Notes: generated by a model from the sequence alone, not told the origin. 64,000 bases of DNA from Minutocellus sp. GHC0000111 (GCA_977018835.1 OZ361257.1:1984001-2048000); one strand, 5' to 3'; positions 1 to 12,982 are shown, counted from the stretch's first letter. Made by a program: numbers and translations.

Positions 1-2071
1 TGAAAAGGTCACTATTCTCGAAACCGGCACGTCTTTTCAGAGTAACCGGCACAAGATGTGTCAAAAGCACTCCAACGCTTGGAATCCTGGCAAAGATTCA
101 CCAAAACACAACCAATCAAAGCCTCTGGGTGTGTATTTGCAGTGTCTTGACGTCGCCAACTTCAGCAGCAGTGACTTCGGTGCGGAATTCCTTTGTATTG
201 ATTGTTCAGTCCTGTTTCTTCTCTCTCCGAACTTGAAGGATAGAAAAAAGCCAAGCTGAAAGCCGAGCGGGGACTTCCCAGCGAATTCGATAAACAAGTC
301 AAAAGAGCCCCGATGCGAGGGACAATGCGAGTGGATGCGATACTGGCTTCCAGCAATCGAAGCAGCAGCGGTTTCTCGGTCAATTGCAGCACATGTTATG
401 CCATCTTATGGATCGACCGGAAGAGTTTGATACCCCGTTTTGAGGTCATATTCGAAACACGTTAAATGGGCCCGGGAGTTGGAGAAGCCGATGTTTCTTT
501 CTGTTGTCATTTTGCACAAACAGAAACGACGGTGTCTTAGTTCAGCTGCCCGAGACAAGCAGCGCGTTGAGCGTTGATGCTGCACAAAGTGCAGCATGCT
601 TGGCTCAGCAGTGTCGTAGATGAAACAATCCAAGATCGCTACAAGATCGCCGATCCAAGGCGGAGTCGGTCTTGGATCAGCACAATCGTCTCGTCTTACT
701 CGCGCACACACAAATGATTTTTTTTTAGTTTGTGTGTCAACTTTGCAAAGCCAACTCTTTGCACTGCTAGACAAGCAGGAATCTAAGAATCGACTAGTAA
801 CAGTCAGATCATCTCTCTTCGTTTACTTTATTCTCTTTACGGTTTGTCGTCTGCGACATGTCAACGTTCATTCATTCCACACACACGGGGAAGAAGAAGG
901 TGTGCGTCCTTTTCACATCTCTTTGTGTCTTCGACATCGATTTTCGCCGTCCTCGTGGATTTTGTCTCACGAGTTTGACGTCCTACCAAGGACCCTAATC
1001 TCGTGCGGAAGTCGCCGCACTTTTGCTCCGGGTGGCCTCTTCACCTCGCTCCGTCTTCCGCTGAGGGCCGATTTAGCCGTGTGATCCCATCGTGCCGCAG
1101 CAGGAAAAACAAGTAAAAACACAGCCCTGAATATTCAAATGATAGGTAACTTTTCTAATAGGGTTATGTGTTGTTTGAGGGTTATAGTAACACAGAAACA
1201 AATAGCACCAAGTGCCGAAGAAATTCTGCGTAAAAGACACAGAGGCCGCACGGGAAATCTGCAACAAAAAATCACCGCACGACGCACCATGCATGACGAG
1301 GCAGCCAGATTGTCCCCCCTGGTGCCGCGCAAAATCACAACCAAAACCATCATGCGCGGGGCACCACTCGTCATAAAATTAGATCTCGGCGCACACAGCG
1401 TGCTCGACCATGGCATTATTTGAGGATTTGCAAGGACGAAAAAGGCATTAGCTATCAGTGCAGACAGACTAGAGATGCTGCAATCGCATCAAACTACCTC
1501 CAGATGGCACGAAAAGATTTGCACAGCGAAAAAACGAGTTCCTAGAGCGAGAAATGTGGGACTCATGCGAAAGAGGGAGATTGTCGGCCGACCTTTACTT
1601 TCAACTGACCGCATCTGGTCGGCGCCTAGCAGCACAATCTTTGGTACCAACGCGCCCGTCCGAGAAAAGAAGAAAGACCACAGCCAGCAACACTGTCGAA
1701 GCATTATCGATGGGCCTCAGTGCTCGTAGATAAATATAGTACATGTAAATCCCGCAATATCATTGCGTGTGTTTGTATTAATCATTATCGATACTACCTA
1801 ATGTATGTAGATCCCTGAAACCATTGGTTATCCATGTTGTTGGGGATGTGATTCGTCGGTCAATCATCTCTCTGTTCGTTTTGTTTTAATTTGTTCCGTT
1901 CAGGATGTTGTTTCCGATTTATTCATTCCTCTGTTGTAATTGTTGAAAATCATTGCTTTGATGTATTTGTTTCTTTGGTTTGCGATTCGAGGCCAAGAAA
2001 GCACTAAGCACATGTGCGACATATAAACCCATTGGACACGATTCTGTAATGCTAGGAAAAAAGTTTGGTAT

Positions 2072-3733
2072 TTAATCCTCCAAGCTTTCAATGAGCTGCC
2101 TACCGACAGCTGTCAGGCGGATGTAGAAGTCGCGCGAGAGTCCGTCCAGGGCCACCTTCTCACCCAGGGGGCACAGGACAAACTCCTTGCTGTCCAAGTC
2201 CATCCTGGCCGTCTCGGCAAATCCGACCGAGATGGCGTTGTTGCGCGTATCCTTGCAGAGCTGGGTGTACTCGCCCCGTTCGGCGGGAGAGTACAGTGGT
2301 TTGTACTCCTTCTGAACGATCTTGGAGGGGATCCAGCAAACCTCCCAGTTGACTCGGTTGCCCTGCTCCCACTTTTTCTGCTTCTTGTAGAGGAAGCAGC
2401 AGTAGTCCTGGACACGCTCGAGCTGCAGCTCTTCCAGTAGAGCCCGGCCCTTCTCGGTGAGACGGATGAAGAATTCTCTTGTAAGACGACGGCCGGGCTC
2501 GGTCGGCTGGCCCAGCACGACGAGGTGATATTCCGTCTCATTCTCCAAGCTTCTGCGGGCGGTCTCGACGAATCTACCTCGGATGGCCCCATCTCGAGCG
2601 TCCTTGGCGGCGGGGATAGAGTTGGGATCCGACGGAGCACGGAAGGAATCCTGCAGCACCTTGCCGGGGATGTAGGCGCGCTCGTACGACACGCCCACCC
2701 CCTTCTCCCAGCTGCGTTGCTTGTCGGAGAGGCAGCTGCAGAAGGCCAGCAGGTCGGAATCGATGGGACCGAACTTGGCACTTTGCATGATGGTTGTGGT
2801 GTACTTGTTGCGAGTCAGATTCTTGGATGGTCTGTTGCTGCTGTTGTGGACGGACTTGATATTACTGGACTGCAACTGCTGGACCGGAATAGCAGGAGCC
2901 GGGCGACTGCCAATGGTAGGACTCACAGAAGCGGAAGGAGGATTCGTCGACGCGTCGTAGGCCCCAAATGCGTTGATGTTGCCACCAATACCATGAGCCT
3001 GCCGTTGAGAAGAGGGGCTGTTGGAAGCCGTCGGCGAAGCAGTAGTAGGTGACCCCTGAGCATCCCCGATGTATCCCAGAAGACGGCTTCCTGAAGGCCC
3101 ACCGAGGCTGCCCATGGTGTTCAGTGATGAAGAGGCAGCAGCCGCCGCAGCGGCAGCGGCTGCACTTGGAGGCGATCCCATGGGAGGAGATGAGATGGGC
3201 GAAGGCATTTGATTAGCACCAGCGCTGGTGGGAGGAGGTCGCATGCTGAGACCAAGAACGTCCCGTTCGAAGCTCAGAGCTGCGTTGGCGTTGGAAATTA
3301 GCACGTCGGTAGTGACGCAGTTGGGACCGAACATGACGACGTTCATGACGCCTCGATCACGGAGCTTGGACAAAGTGTAGGCATAGTCTCCATCGCTGGT
3401 AATCAAGACGACGCATGGCTCTCGGCCCTTGGAAGACGAGTCCCAGGCGAAGGACAGAACGTCGACGATGAGCTTCTTGTCGAGTGTCGAATTCATGTTT
3501 CGGGCCGGCGTATGGACCAGATCAAAGCCCGAGCTATCCAGTCCAGAAGGATCGGCCGGCCCGCCCGGCTTGTACGGATCGAAATACACCCGGCGCATTT
3601 CGATCCGTTGGTCGTACCGACCGACGGCCATCAGGATGGCCTTGGCCGCATCGGCAGGCGACACGTTGACGGGGAGAGGTGCGGTGATATAATCCCAAAA
3701 CAGCGCGATCTCCCGCTCGCCGCGCGTCGCCAT
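2072..3733 (-). CDS. NYN (PIN-like, LabA/MARF1-type) ribonuclease-domain protein with two C-terminal winged-helix-like repeats
   Basis: N-terminal IALFWD...DKKLIVD...VLITSDGDY motifs of the NYN fold. A S/P/A-rich linker is followed by two ~105-aa repeats ending FFIRLTEKGR and FYIRLTAVGR. Confidence 0.8.
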   Translation of the reverse strand: MATRGEREIALFWDYITAPLPVNVSPADAAKAILMAVGRYDQRIEMRRVYFDPYKPGGPADPSGLDSSGFDLVHTPARNMNSTLDKKLIVDVLSFAWDSSSKGREPCVVLITSDGDYAYTLSKLRDRGVMNVVMFGPNCVTTDVLISNANAALSFERDVLGLSMRPPPTSAGANQMPSPISSPPMGSPPSAAAAAAAAAASSSLNTMGSLGGPSGSRLLGYIGDAQGSPTTASPTASNSPSSQRQAHGIGGNINAFGAYDASTNPPSASVSPTIGSRPAPAIPVQQLQSSNIKSVHNSSNRPSKNLTRNKYTTTIMQSAKFGPIDSDLLAFCSCLSDKQRSWEKGVGVSYERAYIPGKVLQDSFRAPSDPNSIPAAKDARDGAIRGRFVETARRSLENETEYHLVVLGQPTEPGRRLTREFFIRLTEKGRALLEELQLERVQDYCCFLYKKQKKWEQGNRVNWEVCWIPSKIVQKEYKPLYSPAERGEYTQLCKDTRNNAISVGFAETARMDLDSKEFVLCPLGEKVALDGLSRDFYIRLTAVGRQLIESLED

Positions 3734-4439
3734 GGTTCTGATGTGTATTCGATATCAAGTTTTTTGGGTATTCTTGTCGTTACTGAAAGCTTCGATGTCC
3801 CGGTCACTTGGTCTTTTTCGATAATCGCACAGGATATATTCGAAAGAATTATTTACGGAGGCAGTTGAAAAGGTTTCCCCGCCCCCGGACACAAGATGTG
3901 CTCGAATTAAAATAAAAAAGATACGACCGATAAAACAGGCTGACCGCAGCAGCCAACAAAGCCACCAACACCCCACGGACCAACCCAGAACGCTCCCCTT
4001 TATCCTTTGCACCCGTTGCAAAGAGGAGGTTCGAGTATCCGGCACGGTTCCAAGGTTCAATGGCTGCAAAGCAACGCAACAGAAGGAAACATCGCGAGGC
4101 CAACGCGTGCAACGGATGCGCCAGCTCAGATCGAAAAGTATTGTAAAGGCGTTTGTACTTTTACGAAACTCTATGTCAGTCAAACAAGTCTTGCGATTGC
4201 AGAAGCCTTGTTCCTCGCGGTCTTGCGTCGACTGTCGGCATTTCGTTTCGCCGAAGAACGAACAACGAAAGATACGATCCATGACCGGCCGACACATCTT
4301 GTGTTCTCTTTGACGATCGAACGCATTTTCTCCCAGTGCATACCTCTACGAACGGCACCATTATATTGCATCGACTTGTCTTCATTTGATCGGCGCAAAA
4401 ATCCCATATTTTTACCCAAATTACAAGATCATCCAAAAC

Positions 4440-5435
4440 ATGCTCTTCTCCACTCTCAATAAATCCACAGCTCGGCAGGTCCTTGCGTCGGTCCTGGAAG
4501 CTACCACCGCATCCTCCGGCCGCCGGTGCATGTCGTCCACCGCCAAGGTTTGGGTCGACAAGAACACCAAGGTGATCTGCCAGGGCTTCACCGGGAAGCA
4601 AGGAACATTTCACTCCACCCAGGCCATCGAGTACGGTACCAACATGGTCGGAGGAGTCACCCCCAAGAAGGGCGGTCAGACCCACCTCGGTTTGCCCGTC
4701 TTCAACACGGTCGCCGAGGCCGTCGAAGGTGTGCAGCCCGATGCTTCCGTCATCTACGTGCCACCGCCGTTCTGCGGTGCCGCCATTATGGACGCCATCG
4801 AGAACGAAATCCCGCTCGTCGTGGCCATCACCGAAGGCGTCCCCCAGGAGGACATGGTCAAGGTGAAGAAGGCACTGAGCATGCAGAGTGTCACCCGTCT
4901 CATCGGGCCAAACTGTCCCGGCATCATCAAGCCCGGGGAGTGCAAGATTGGCATCATGCCCGGATACATCCACATGCCTGGCAAGATCGGCGTCGTTTCC
5001 CGATCGGGTACCCTCACGTACGAGGCCGTCCATCAGACCACCGTAACCGGACTTGGACAATCGACTTGCGTCGGCATTGGAGGAGATCCTTTCAACGGCA
5101 CAAACTTTATCGATTGCTTGGAGCGCTTCACCAACGATCCGCAGACGGAGGGCATCATCATGATCGGCGAGATTGGCGGATCGGCCGAGGAAGAAGCCGC
5201 GGAGTGGTTGAAGGAGCACGGTGACCCGAACAAGCCTGTTGTCGGATTCATTGCCGGTATGACCGCCCCTCCGGGACGTCGAATGGGTCACGCTGGTGCC
5301 ATCATTGCCGGTGGCAAAGGCGGTGCTGAGGAGAAGTTTGCCGCCTTGGAGGCCGCCGGTGTTCACGTTACCCGAAGCCCCGCACAGCTCGGCAACACCA
5401 TGCTCGCTGCGATGAAGGAGGCTGGCAAGGCATAG
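4440..5435 (+). CDS. sucD: Succinyl-CoA ligase alpha subunit, mitochondrial
   Basis: [40 protein letters not shown] and the phospho-His motif [10 protein letters not shown]. The ATG at 4440 opens a R/S/T-rich transit-peptide-like leader. Confidence 0.97.
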   Translation: MLFSTLNKSTARQVLASVLEATTASSGRRCMSSTAKVWVDKNTKVICQGFTGKQGTFHSTQAIEYGTNMVGGVTPKKGGQTHLGLPVFNTVAEAVEGVQPDASVIYVPPPFCGAAIMDAIENEIPLVVAITEGVPQEDMVKVKKALSMQSVTRLIGPNCPGIIKPGECKIGIMPGYIHMPGKIGVVSRSGTLTYEAVHQTTVTGLGQSTCVGIGGDPFNGTNFIDCLERFTNDPQTEGIIMIGEIGGSAEEEAAEWLKEHGDPNKPVVGFIAGMTAPPGRRMGHAGAIIAGGKGGAEEKFAALEAAGVHVTRSPAQLGNTMLAAMKEAGKA

Positions 5436-5518
5436 ATATTTGGTAGAAAAAGGAAAGGAGGAAACAAATTGGTTGACCTCGCTGCGGAATTGTAAGAAAA
5501 AGAATAGATAGATACTCG

Positions 5519-6711
5519 TCATCTACTTGAAGTGTTATTACCATATATCAACCCCCTCGCAACACAATCGTTGTATTGTTCTTCAAATAATTCTCTACCA
5601 TATTCGTACAATTGAAAGTCCAGTGGAAATTGTTGTCGAATGGCCGCATCTCCGGCATCACTGATATTGTATGCGTACCCCTTGTTTGCGTGTACGGACT
5701 TTCCAAGACTAGGATTGGCCTCATCGCCTTGTGCACCCAAGACACTCGGCATCGCAGCAGGTCTATTGTTTTCTGTGGTTCTTCTACCAAACTCACGATA
5801 AACCTCTTTCGTAGCAATGCCTTTGCGTTTTCGAGATCCCTTTCGTCAAAACAGCACCGGCGCAGCTCATGTCCTCCCACCTCGGTAAAATTATGCTCAG
5901 CGAAGAAACTCAGCAAGTAACCATCTTTCATGGTTTTTGACCACTCGTTGAATGGTGTGTTTTCTGTTTCTTCGCCAAGTTTATGCAGGCCGCCCATGGA
6001 CTTGGCGTAATGAAAATGTGAATTGAGCCGCTCCCATGGATTTCTAAGCTGCGTGAAGAACGCGGCCGTGTCCATGTGCGTCCCGGGCCAGGTTTGGTCC
6101 AGCTCGTAATATGACAAATGATTCAATCCGCCGTACACCTTTGTGTTGATCCTCCGAGTTTCAGACAACTGTTTCCACTTTTCGCGACCTTCATGCACAA
6201 AATTGATGAAGCGGCAGCTCACCGCTACGCCATATATCATCTCACGTATCGACGTTCCACCGCATTTTGGTACATGGACAAAGGCAAGGCCATTGTAGTA
6301 TCGCTCGGTGATAGATGCGTTGGAATCTGGTTGGCAGTTGACGGGTTTGTAACTCTTTGGTCTGGGATGGGTAGCAAAATATTTCAACCTCGCAGCACGC
6401 TGTTTCAATATGATTTTGTACTCATCAAAGGCAAGGTAGCCAATGAACAGCACCATGCAAACGATGAAGCTTCCGATGGCCCGGCATACAAATTGTCGCA
6501 CTGATCTGCATGTTCGGTTGTTGCAGCTCTTGCAGCTGATTTCGATGTAGCCTCCGTGCTTGTCCTTGTCATCAGAGGAATCAATCTGCAAATCATCACG
6601 ACGTGGAGGTGATCTACTCCTTGAATGGGCTCTATGCCTCATTGTATCGTCTCGAGAAGAAGACGCTCGCTGTGCACGCCGCCATTGCGCCAGCTCATTG
6701 AACCGCGCCAT
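5519..6711 (-). CDS. Type II membrane carbohydrate sulfotransferase, with a frame break near 5700-5750
   Basis: TM anchor, 5'-PSB motif FVHVPKCGGTSI and 3'-PB motif LRNPWERLNSHF. The family-typical C-terminus (LDFQLYEYGRELF) is in the neighbouring frame, ORF 5519..5752. Confidence 0.8.
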
Positions 6712-7003
6712 CGCGACATCTCTGCTTCATCGCCTCTTCATGAGCTGCCGGACATGGTTCCGGGTTTCTTCAGGGCTGTAGCTAGCTGGTCCCGTGCGGA
6801 CACATGATTGATCCCGGCTCCTGAAATGCCCGCGTCGATTGGCAGTCGACATCACGCGCTCGAGGACGACCGACATCGACAGAATTTCAGGCAAAGACAC
6901 ATAAATTCTGGAAGCAACGCACGTGCTCGCCGACCAACGCACAAAGTTTTATCCAATAGATAAGGCTCTTGTATCTCTTAGTTGAACCGGCACAACGCGT
7001 GAC

Positions 7004-7816
7004 ATGGAAAATCAGCACATCATGCGATCACAATCCAAAGTGTCGCCGTCTGCATCGGCACTTGTAGGCGTTCTCTTTGGCGCCGTAATCACAATGTCTT
7101 CGATTGTAGTGCAGGGATTCACTCCACTGCCATCACCTCCGCCATCAACTCAGGTGGCTTCGTCCGTAGCCGTTAGCTTGTACATCGACCCGCTAGATGC
7201 CACGAAACCAGCCTCGAACACTCCAGCCTCTCCACAAAGTCCAGCTTCTATAACGAAATCGCCAAAAAGTTCAGAAAGTAGCAGCGACACTGCACGATCG
7301 GTCGACTCCGATCAATCACAGGCAGCCAGTCCCAGCCGACGCCGGCGACGCCAACAACCAGCGCCGACGCATACAATAGCAGTGGAAACGCCAGAACAAT
7401 TTGATGCGGAAGTTCGGTCCGAAGGAGAAAAGTTGGTAGTCGTGCGGTTTCACTCTCCGTACTGTCCCGCGTGCAAAAGCATCTCGGTGTCCTACGATCG
7501 GTTGGTCAAGACCAGCTCGCCCAACATCAAATTTGTCGATGTGACAGTCAAGGATCGGAATGATTTGATACCATATGGGTTGGACGTACCAGCGACGCCG
7601 TACGGACAAATATGGCATCCATCCGCCGGCTTGGTCGAAGCTTCGGCCATCCCGCGGAGGCAATTCAGCAAGTTCAAGAAAATTTTGAAGTGGTATGCCA
7701 AGGGCGAGTGCGAAATTCCCGAAGAGTTCTTTACCAATCCGCACAACGAGTACGATCTGGAGAACTTGATTTGTAGAGTTTGCGCAAAGAAGGGAGGGAG
7801 GGATTCTTGTACATAA
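7004..7816 (+). CDS. Thioredoxin-like protein, probably plastid-targeted
   Basis: VVVRFHSPYCPACK CxxC site and IKFVDV strand. The signal peptide ends VQG-F and is followed by an S/P-rich transit-like region. Confidence 0.8.
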   Translation: MENQHIMRSQSKVSPSASALVGVLFGAVITMSSIVVQGFTPLPSPPPSTQVASSVAVSLYIDPLDATKPASNTPASPQSPASITKSPKSSESSSDTARSVDSDQSQAASPSRRRRRQQPAPTHTIAVETPEQFDAEVRSEGEKLVVVRFHSPYCPACKSISVSYDRLVKTSSPNIKFVDVTVKDRNDLIPYGLDVPATPYGQIWHPSAGLVEASAIPRRQFSKFKKILKWYAKGECEIPEEFFTNPHNEYDLENLICRVCAKKGGRDSCT

Positions 7817-7942
7817 AACGGAGGTAGTGGTGATGTGATGTTGCTAATCTAAGTAGTAAAGCTTACTCTTATTATTTTATTATTTCTGGAGCAATACCTA
7901 AATCATCTAATACGTAGCTGATTTGCTTATCTCCAAAAAAGA

Positions 7943-9764
7943 TTAAAAGGCTCCGGGAGCGATGGCGGTGACAGGGGGGTTGACGTAGGGAACGATTCCG
8001 ACTGGCTCACCGGTATCCGCACCAAGAACAATATCGAAGCAGCCGATATCGTCAAGCTTCTTGACATAGTAAACGGTACGGTAGAAGACACCTTCACCCT
8101 CGTCAACGAGCTTGACCTTGTTTCCGTTCGAGAGCTTGAGGAAGAAATCATCGGTGTTGGCACCGTTGGCAGTAGCAGCCCACTTGGGAGGCTTGCCATA
8201 GTCAATTTCTCCCGGGAATCCTTCATACACAACGAGGTTGCCATCAGGATGCTGTAGAAGCATGGAATGATTGGATTCTTCGTCATACAGGATCTCGCTA
8301 CGCTCTAGGCGGTCACCGCTGGACAGTCTTGTAAGGATGTTTGACCAGACAATGTCACCAGCATCCTCTGGGTTGCTTCCTTCGAAGATATGGAGGACGC
8401 AGGAAGAGTCTATGCCAAGAAAGTAGTCACCAACTTCTCGAGCGGAGTTGGAATCCCACCCAATTTCTCCTGTACCACCTTGCTTGATACAACCGTTTTT
8501 GAGTAGAAGTCGACCAGATGGACGAAGGTCAAGGATATACCCAGCCAAAGCATCCTCAACTCGGCGTCCAGGTGGCCCAGGGAGATGAAAGCCAAGGGAT
8601 CCAGTGTGCCACATGAAATAAGAGCCGGTGTAGACGTTGAAATTTCCATCCGGCTGGAGACGGATGGAACATTTGCCATCGTGGAAGGACATGGCAGTGC
8701 CGCTTGTGATTGTTTGAAAGCTTCTTTCATAACTATCTCAATATCTTCCGGGCAGGGGCGAGGCACTGCGGTAGGTTCATAGGAACAGGGGTCCAAAGCA
8801 ACGTGGAAGCAGGCAGAGGCGTACCTGTGTGGTTTCATTACACTTCCAAAAAGATCCTTTGTGTAGTAGACACGCTTGGGTGGTCCATCCTCCGTGAGCT
8901 TTAGCATGCCATTTGGGCGGACATCAAGATGAAAATCAAATGAAGCACCACCAGCGGTGTTGGATGCCCAAAGGGGGATTCGACTTGAATCGGTAAAATC
9001 GGACCCATCATAAACAACGAGGTTCCCATCTGCCGGCTGGAGAATCATAAAGGCATTCCGTTTGGTATCCCGGTACATTACTCCTCGGCCGAGCCGGTCG
9101 CCAGCCCTCAAGGGACCGGTGTGGATGTTAGTCCAGATCTTGGCACCGATATTATCAGGGGTCCCAAGGTAGATGCCCAAGATGCACTCTTCGTCGATTC
9201 CGAGGAAGAAGGATTCATCGCCAACGTGGCGGTTGGTATGCGTTGAATATATAAGTCGTCCTCTCATTCCGTCTTCCAGTTCAAAGATGCGGAAATTGCC
9301 TCCCTTTTTCATTGCGTACTGGATACATTGAGAAATATTGACAAAACATGATAGATTATGTATTGTGAGTGAGCTCATCAATACTTCGTGTAACTTATTT
9401 CACAAAAACAATAGAAGACGTTATTGACGTGAAATGAAACAGAAAATAAGAAAAAGCTCACCTCATAGTTGCCAGCACCGATGGCACCGGTGTCCCACAT
9501 AGTAGGGAAGGCGCCGAGAGGATTGTAGGGTGGTTCGCCACGGCGCTTGTTGACTGAAAGATTCCCATCCTTCTGGAAGGCGATGCGACACTTTCCATCG
9601 TGGACCAACATCTCGGTGCCACCTGGTACCCTCACGGCGATGGAATCGTCAAATAGGTTTTGCGAACGAAGAAGAGGCTCGACTGCCGCGCTCGATGACC
9701 TGACTGTAGCCATAACGAGAATCAAGACGGCGGTGAACGATTGAAAACTGATGCCGAACAACAT
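7943..9764 (-). CDS. Secreted bulb-type (B-)lectin repeat protein; intron 9319-9461; frame break near 8700
   Basis: Signal peptide and repeated QxDGNL(V)VY-like motifs (QKDGNL, QPADGNLVVY, QPDGNFNVY, QHPDGNLVVY). A GTGAG...CAG intron joins NYE to YAMKKGG in frame. The two halves are internal duplicates (HDGKC...DGN). Confidence 0.75.
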
Positions 9765-9991
9765 GATGATTGATATGATAATGACAATTCACTTTGTTTG
9801 GTTCTTGGCAGGAAATTTATGAGCTGAGGATTCTGCTTGGATCTTACCAACGCCACAATAATAGCTCTCATTTCGTCCACGGCACTTCTACGACCTTCAA
9901 AGAAGCGCCAAGCCGATCCTGTTTGGTCAAAAGATTTAGTGCCACGGTGCCAAGTCCAGTCGTGATGCACATACAATTCTTGGCCGGATCT

Positions 9992-11095
9992 TTAGCCCTT
10001 CAAAAATTCACACGAATCGAGCACGTTTTCAGCGCCTGGGCGGATTTTGTGTCTGTACACCAAAAGTGATTTGTCCAACATATCCCAAAACGAATCGGGC
10101 AATGAATCAGCACAATCCGGCGGCATCATGCCGCCCTTGAGATCACGCTCTCCCTTGCTTGGAGCCTTGTGCATGACATCAACTACCGACTGAAGCCGAT
10201 CTCCTTCTGGAAAGCCAGCTGCAAATGCATAAACCGTCACCCCGGCACTCCAAATATCGGTCTTGTAAGTGTACTTGCGAGCAAACATTTCCGGTGAGTT
10301 GTAGAATGCCGACCCAGCCATCGTTGTGTGCGGTTTTGGTTCGGATGCATCATCGTGGGATGGTGGATCATCGAAGGTACCGGAGCCATAATCGATTAAT
10401 CGCAGCCCTTCCACGTATTCGACAGGAATTACATCCCTAGTTGGATCAAACTTATGCACAAACATTGCATTCGCCGGCTTCAAGTCACGATGAATCACGC
10501 CATGTTTGTGACAATGGCAAACCGCCTTGAGGATTCGGATGGTCACTTCTCTCACGATATCGGCAGGAAGCAAAGCATTTCTTGCCGATGATGCTGCCAT
10601 TACTTCATTTTCTTTTCTGTAATATTGCAAACACGCCGACCGAAAATCGTGTAAATCACCACCCAAACAAAGTTCCGTCACCAAATACAGATATCTCCGA
10701 CCTTCGTACACCCCAACGAGCTTCAGGTTGTACTCCTGACCCTGGAGACGGCGCAAGATTTCCACTTCCGTTTCCAGTACACCTTCTTTCGGAGGATGGA
10801 ATACAGTGTTGTCGTCGTTGATTGAGTATCCCTTACACAAAACTTTGGCGGCGTACAGATTGCTATCATTGTTGTCACCATTTGCTTTGGAATCAAAGTC
10901 TCGAACCAACATCACGGCACCAAAGGCACCTTCTCCGAGGATCGTCGGTTTGCTCTTCTTGGAGGCATCTGGAATTTCCTGGTATTTCGTCAAATACTCC
11001 TCCTCCGTTCCTGATGCGTCGGCAATTAGTGGTGGGCCGTAGTAGGCGTCGGCCACGCGGGTGGCGAAGCCCGAAACGAGGTCGAGGAGGGACAT
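9992..11095 (-). CDS. Ser/Thr protein kinase (CAMK/CDPK-like catalytic domain)
   Basis: LGEGAFG, YAAK, HRDLKPAN, LIDYG, SPE and DIWSAG motifs. Confidence 0.93.
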   Translation of the reverse strand: MSLLDLVSGFATRVADAYYGPPLIADASGTEEEYLTKYQEIPDASKKSKPTILGEGAFGAVMLVRDFDSKANGDNNDSNLYAAKVLCKGYSINDDNTVFHPPKEGVLETEVEILRRLQGQEYNLKLVGVYEGRRYLYLVTELCLGGDLHDFRSACLQYYRKENEVMAASSARNALLPADIVREVTIRILKAVCHCHKHGVIHRDLKPANAMFVHKFDPTRDVIPVEYVEGLRLIDYGSGTFDDPPSHDDASEPKPHTTMAGSAFYNSPEMFARKYTYKTDIWSAGVTVYAFAAGFPEGDRLQSVVDVMHKAPSKGERDLKGGMMPPDCADSLPDSFWDMLDKSLLVYRHKIRPGAENVLDSCEFLKG

Positions 11096-11337
11096 GGTTC
11101 AGATGGTTCTTCCAGTTCTTCCAGCAGTTTGACGAGACATGGCAAGTGAGGGGATTTGCATTTCGGCCCCATAATGTAAAGCCCCCCTAAGTCGATACGC
11201 GGTTATGAGCCAAGACCACAAGATGTGCTGAATTTGCTCAGCGAAAGATACCGGAAGAGAAATCAATTTGCTGGACGGAGCAGAGTCGATTCGTGTCCCT
11301 TCTCCCCTCCTTCTTGCTTTTGCCGAACCATTATATT

Positions 11338-12539
11338 ATGCCGCCCCCCAGCCAAAAAGAAGCGCAAGACCCAGGCCAAGTCCTCGAAGAATGAGGGACA
11401 GCGCAAGCAACCTCCCAATAATGCTTCGTCACAAGAACCGAATCTCAGTGTGGAATTGATCGGAAAGGTGGCCTCATTCGCTGGTTACGGCACCGATGCA
11501 ATGAACATTTGTCTTGCGGTCGGCCCAAAGCAAACGCGCGTAGTTCGACACGCCTGTTTGCGGCGCAACATCGGATATCTGGATTTTCTGCTCGCGAAGA
11601 GCTTCGAGAGGAACGCATCTGCAATCGCCACTTCGACCACATTTGCCATGGGCGAGTTTATGAATTCGCGCGTTCTCCCATGGTTGGAAGTAAACCAAGC
11701 CGACTGGAAAGAGCTCTGCACTGCGCACAATTTGGAGGAGTGCAAGGAAGTCACAAAGGTCAGTCCCACAAAAGGAATGGTTGGAGTATTAGGAAATCCA
11801 ATCGCAATGCTCTTCAATCCATCGGTTGCCATCGAATTTGGGCTTGTTGAAGTTCTCAAATATTTGGTGGAAGAGGTAGGCATTGATATCAACAGTTGCC
11901 AGTGGAATGCTTATCAGAGTCTTGAGATGAAACATCTATTGGCATATGCTTCGGAAATGAGCGATGGTTCTTGGTTTGGATATCTCTTGTCGAGAAACGA
12001 CATCAACGTCCATGCGAGGTATGTTGCGGCATCGGAGCAAGACAGGGCGAATGATGATGACAGCGACGAAGAAGTTGACGATAGCAAACAGCGAAGTGTG
12101 TTTGAGTATATTTACGACTCCGAGAATATATCGCTCCGTGCATTTGAGTCAATCATTCGGCACTCTAGCTTCAAGCCGAACGAGCCGATGGACTTGATAG
12201 GCGCCATAGTGATGCGTCCACTCCAGTACGCCTGCATGTCCATAAGTGCCGATCTCGAGGAGTCGGATCCCGATAGGAAATTTGAAAAGCTACTGAGCTT
12301 GATTAAGAAAACAGATGTTGATCCAACTCTGAGGACGGAGGAGGTGCCTGATCCCTACAGCCTTACTTATGAAAGTACTCATTGAGAGTGCTTTTGCACG
12401 TATGGGCGAGGGTGGCAAAGAAGGAGAGGAAAGCGATGCCCCGCCGCCCGTACATGAAAGCTGGTATGACGTTGAGCATGAAATAAGAAAAAAGATTCCT
12501 AAAGGCTGGCGGCCTCCGCCGTGGACAGCAGCAACGTAA
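11338..12539 (+). CDS. Ankyrin-like repeat protein of unknown function, with two apparent frame breaks
   Basis: AIEFGLVEVLKYLVEEVGIDIN and PLQYAC ankyrin-like segments. ATG 11338 needs one fewer C in a C-run to give MPPPAKKKRK. The reading continues in another frame from ~12365 to TAA 12537-12539. Confidence 0.6.
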
Positions 12540-12982
12540 ATAATGATTTTGAAAGCATTAGACACACTTGACGGCATAATGTTATTCTACTTTCACTGAC
12601 ATCGAAGAACTCTCTTCGTGTAAGAGCCTGAATTCTTTCTTCGGCCGTTGCTGTTTTGTTGCCCTCTTAGCGCTTATAATAATTCCGAAGTTGGCGACGG
12701 GCCCAGTCATACAGTGTTCGTTCTCTCTCACTTCACCCGCCTCCAGAGCGCGGTTTGATGCTCAATAGTGGGTGGTAGGGCAAGACGACCCGGAACAGAG
12801 CCTCCCGCGCCCCTGGGCGCTTACACTCTCTAGTTACCTACATATGCCCGCTGCCTTTAGCGCATCAAAGGTAGCCTTGAGGTCTATCGGCGTTAATATG
12901 AATTGAGTCGAATCATAGTTCTCAATTCGCAACTATTGTTGCTACTCGTAGTAACACCTAGAGAAAAACATTAGGTGTGTGG

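Noticed and set aside
1..1900. Short overlapping ORFs and possible MITE ends
   Set aside because: No recognisable motifs, TIR pair or TSD; left unannotated.
4176..5522. 448-aa ORF antisense to sucD
   Set aside because: Shadow ORF from high GC3 on the coding strand; no motifs.
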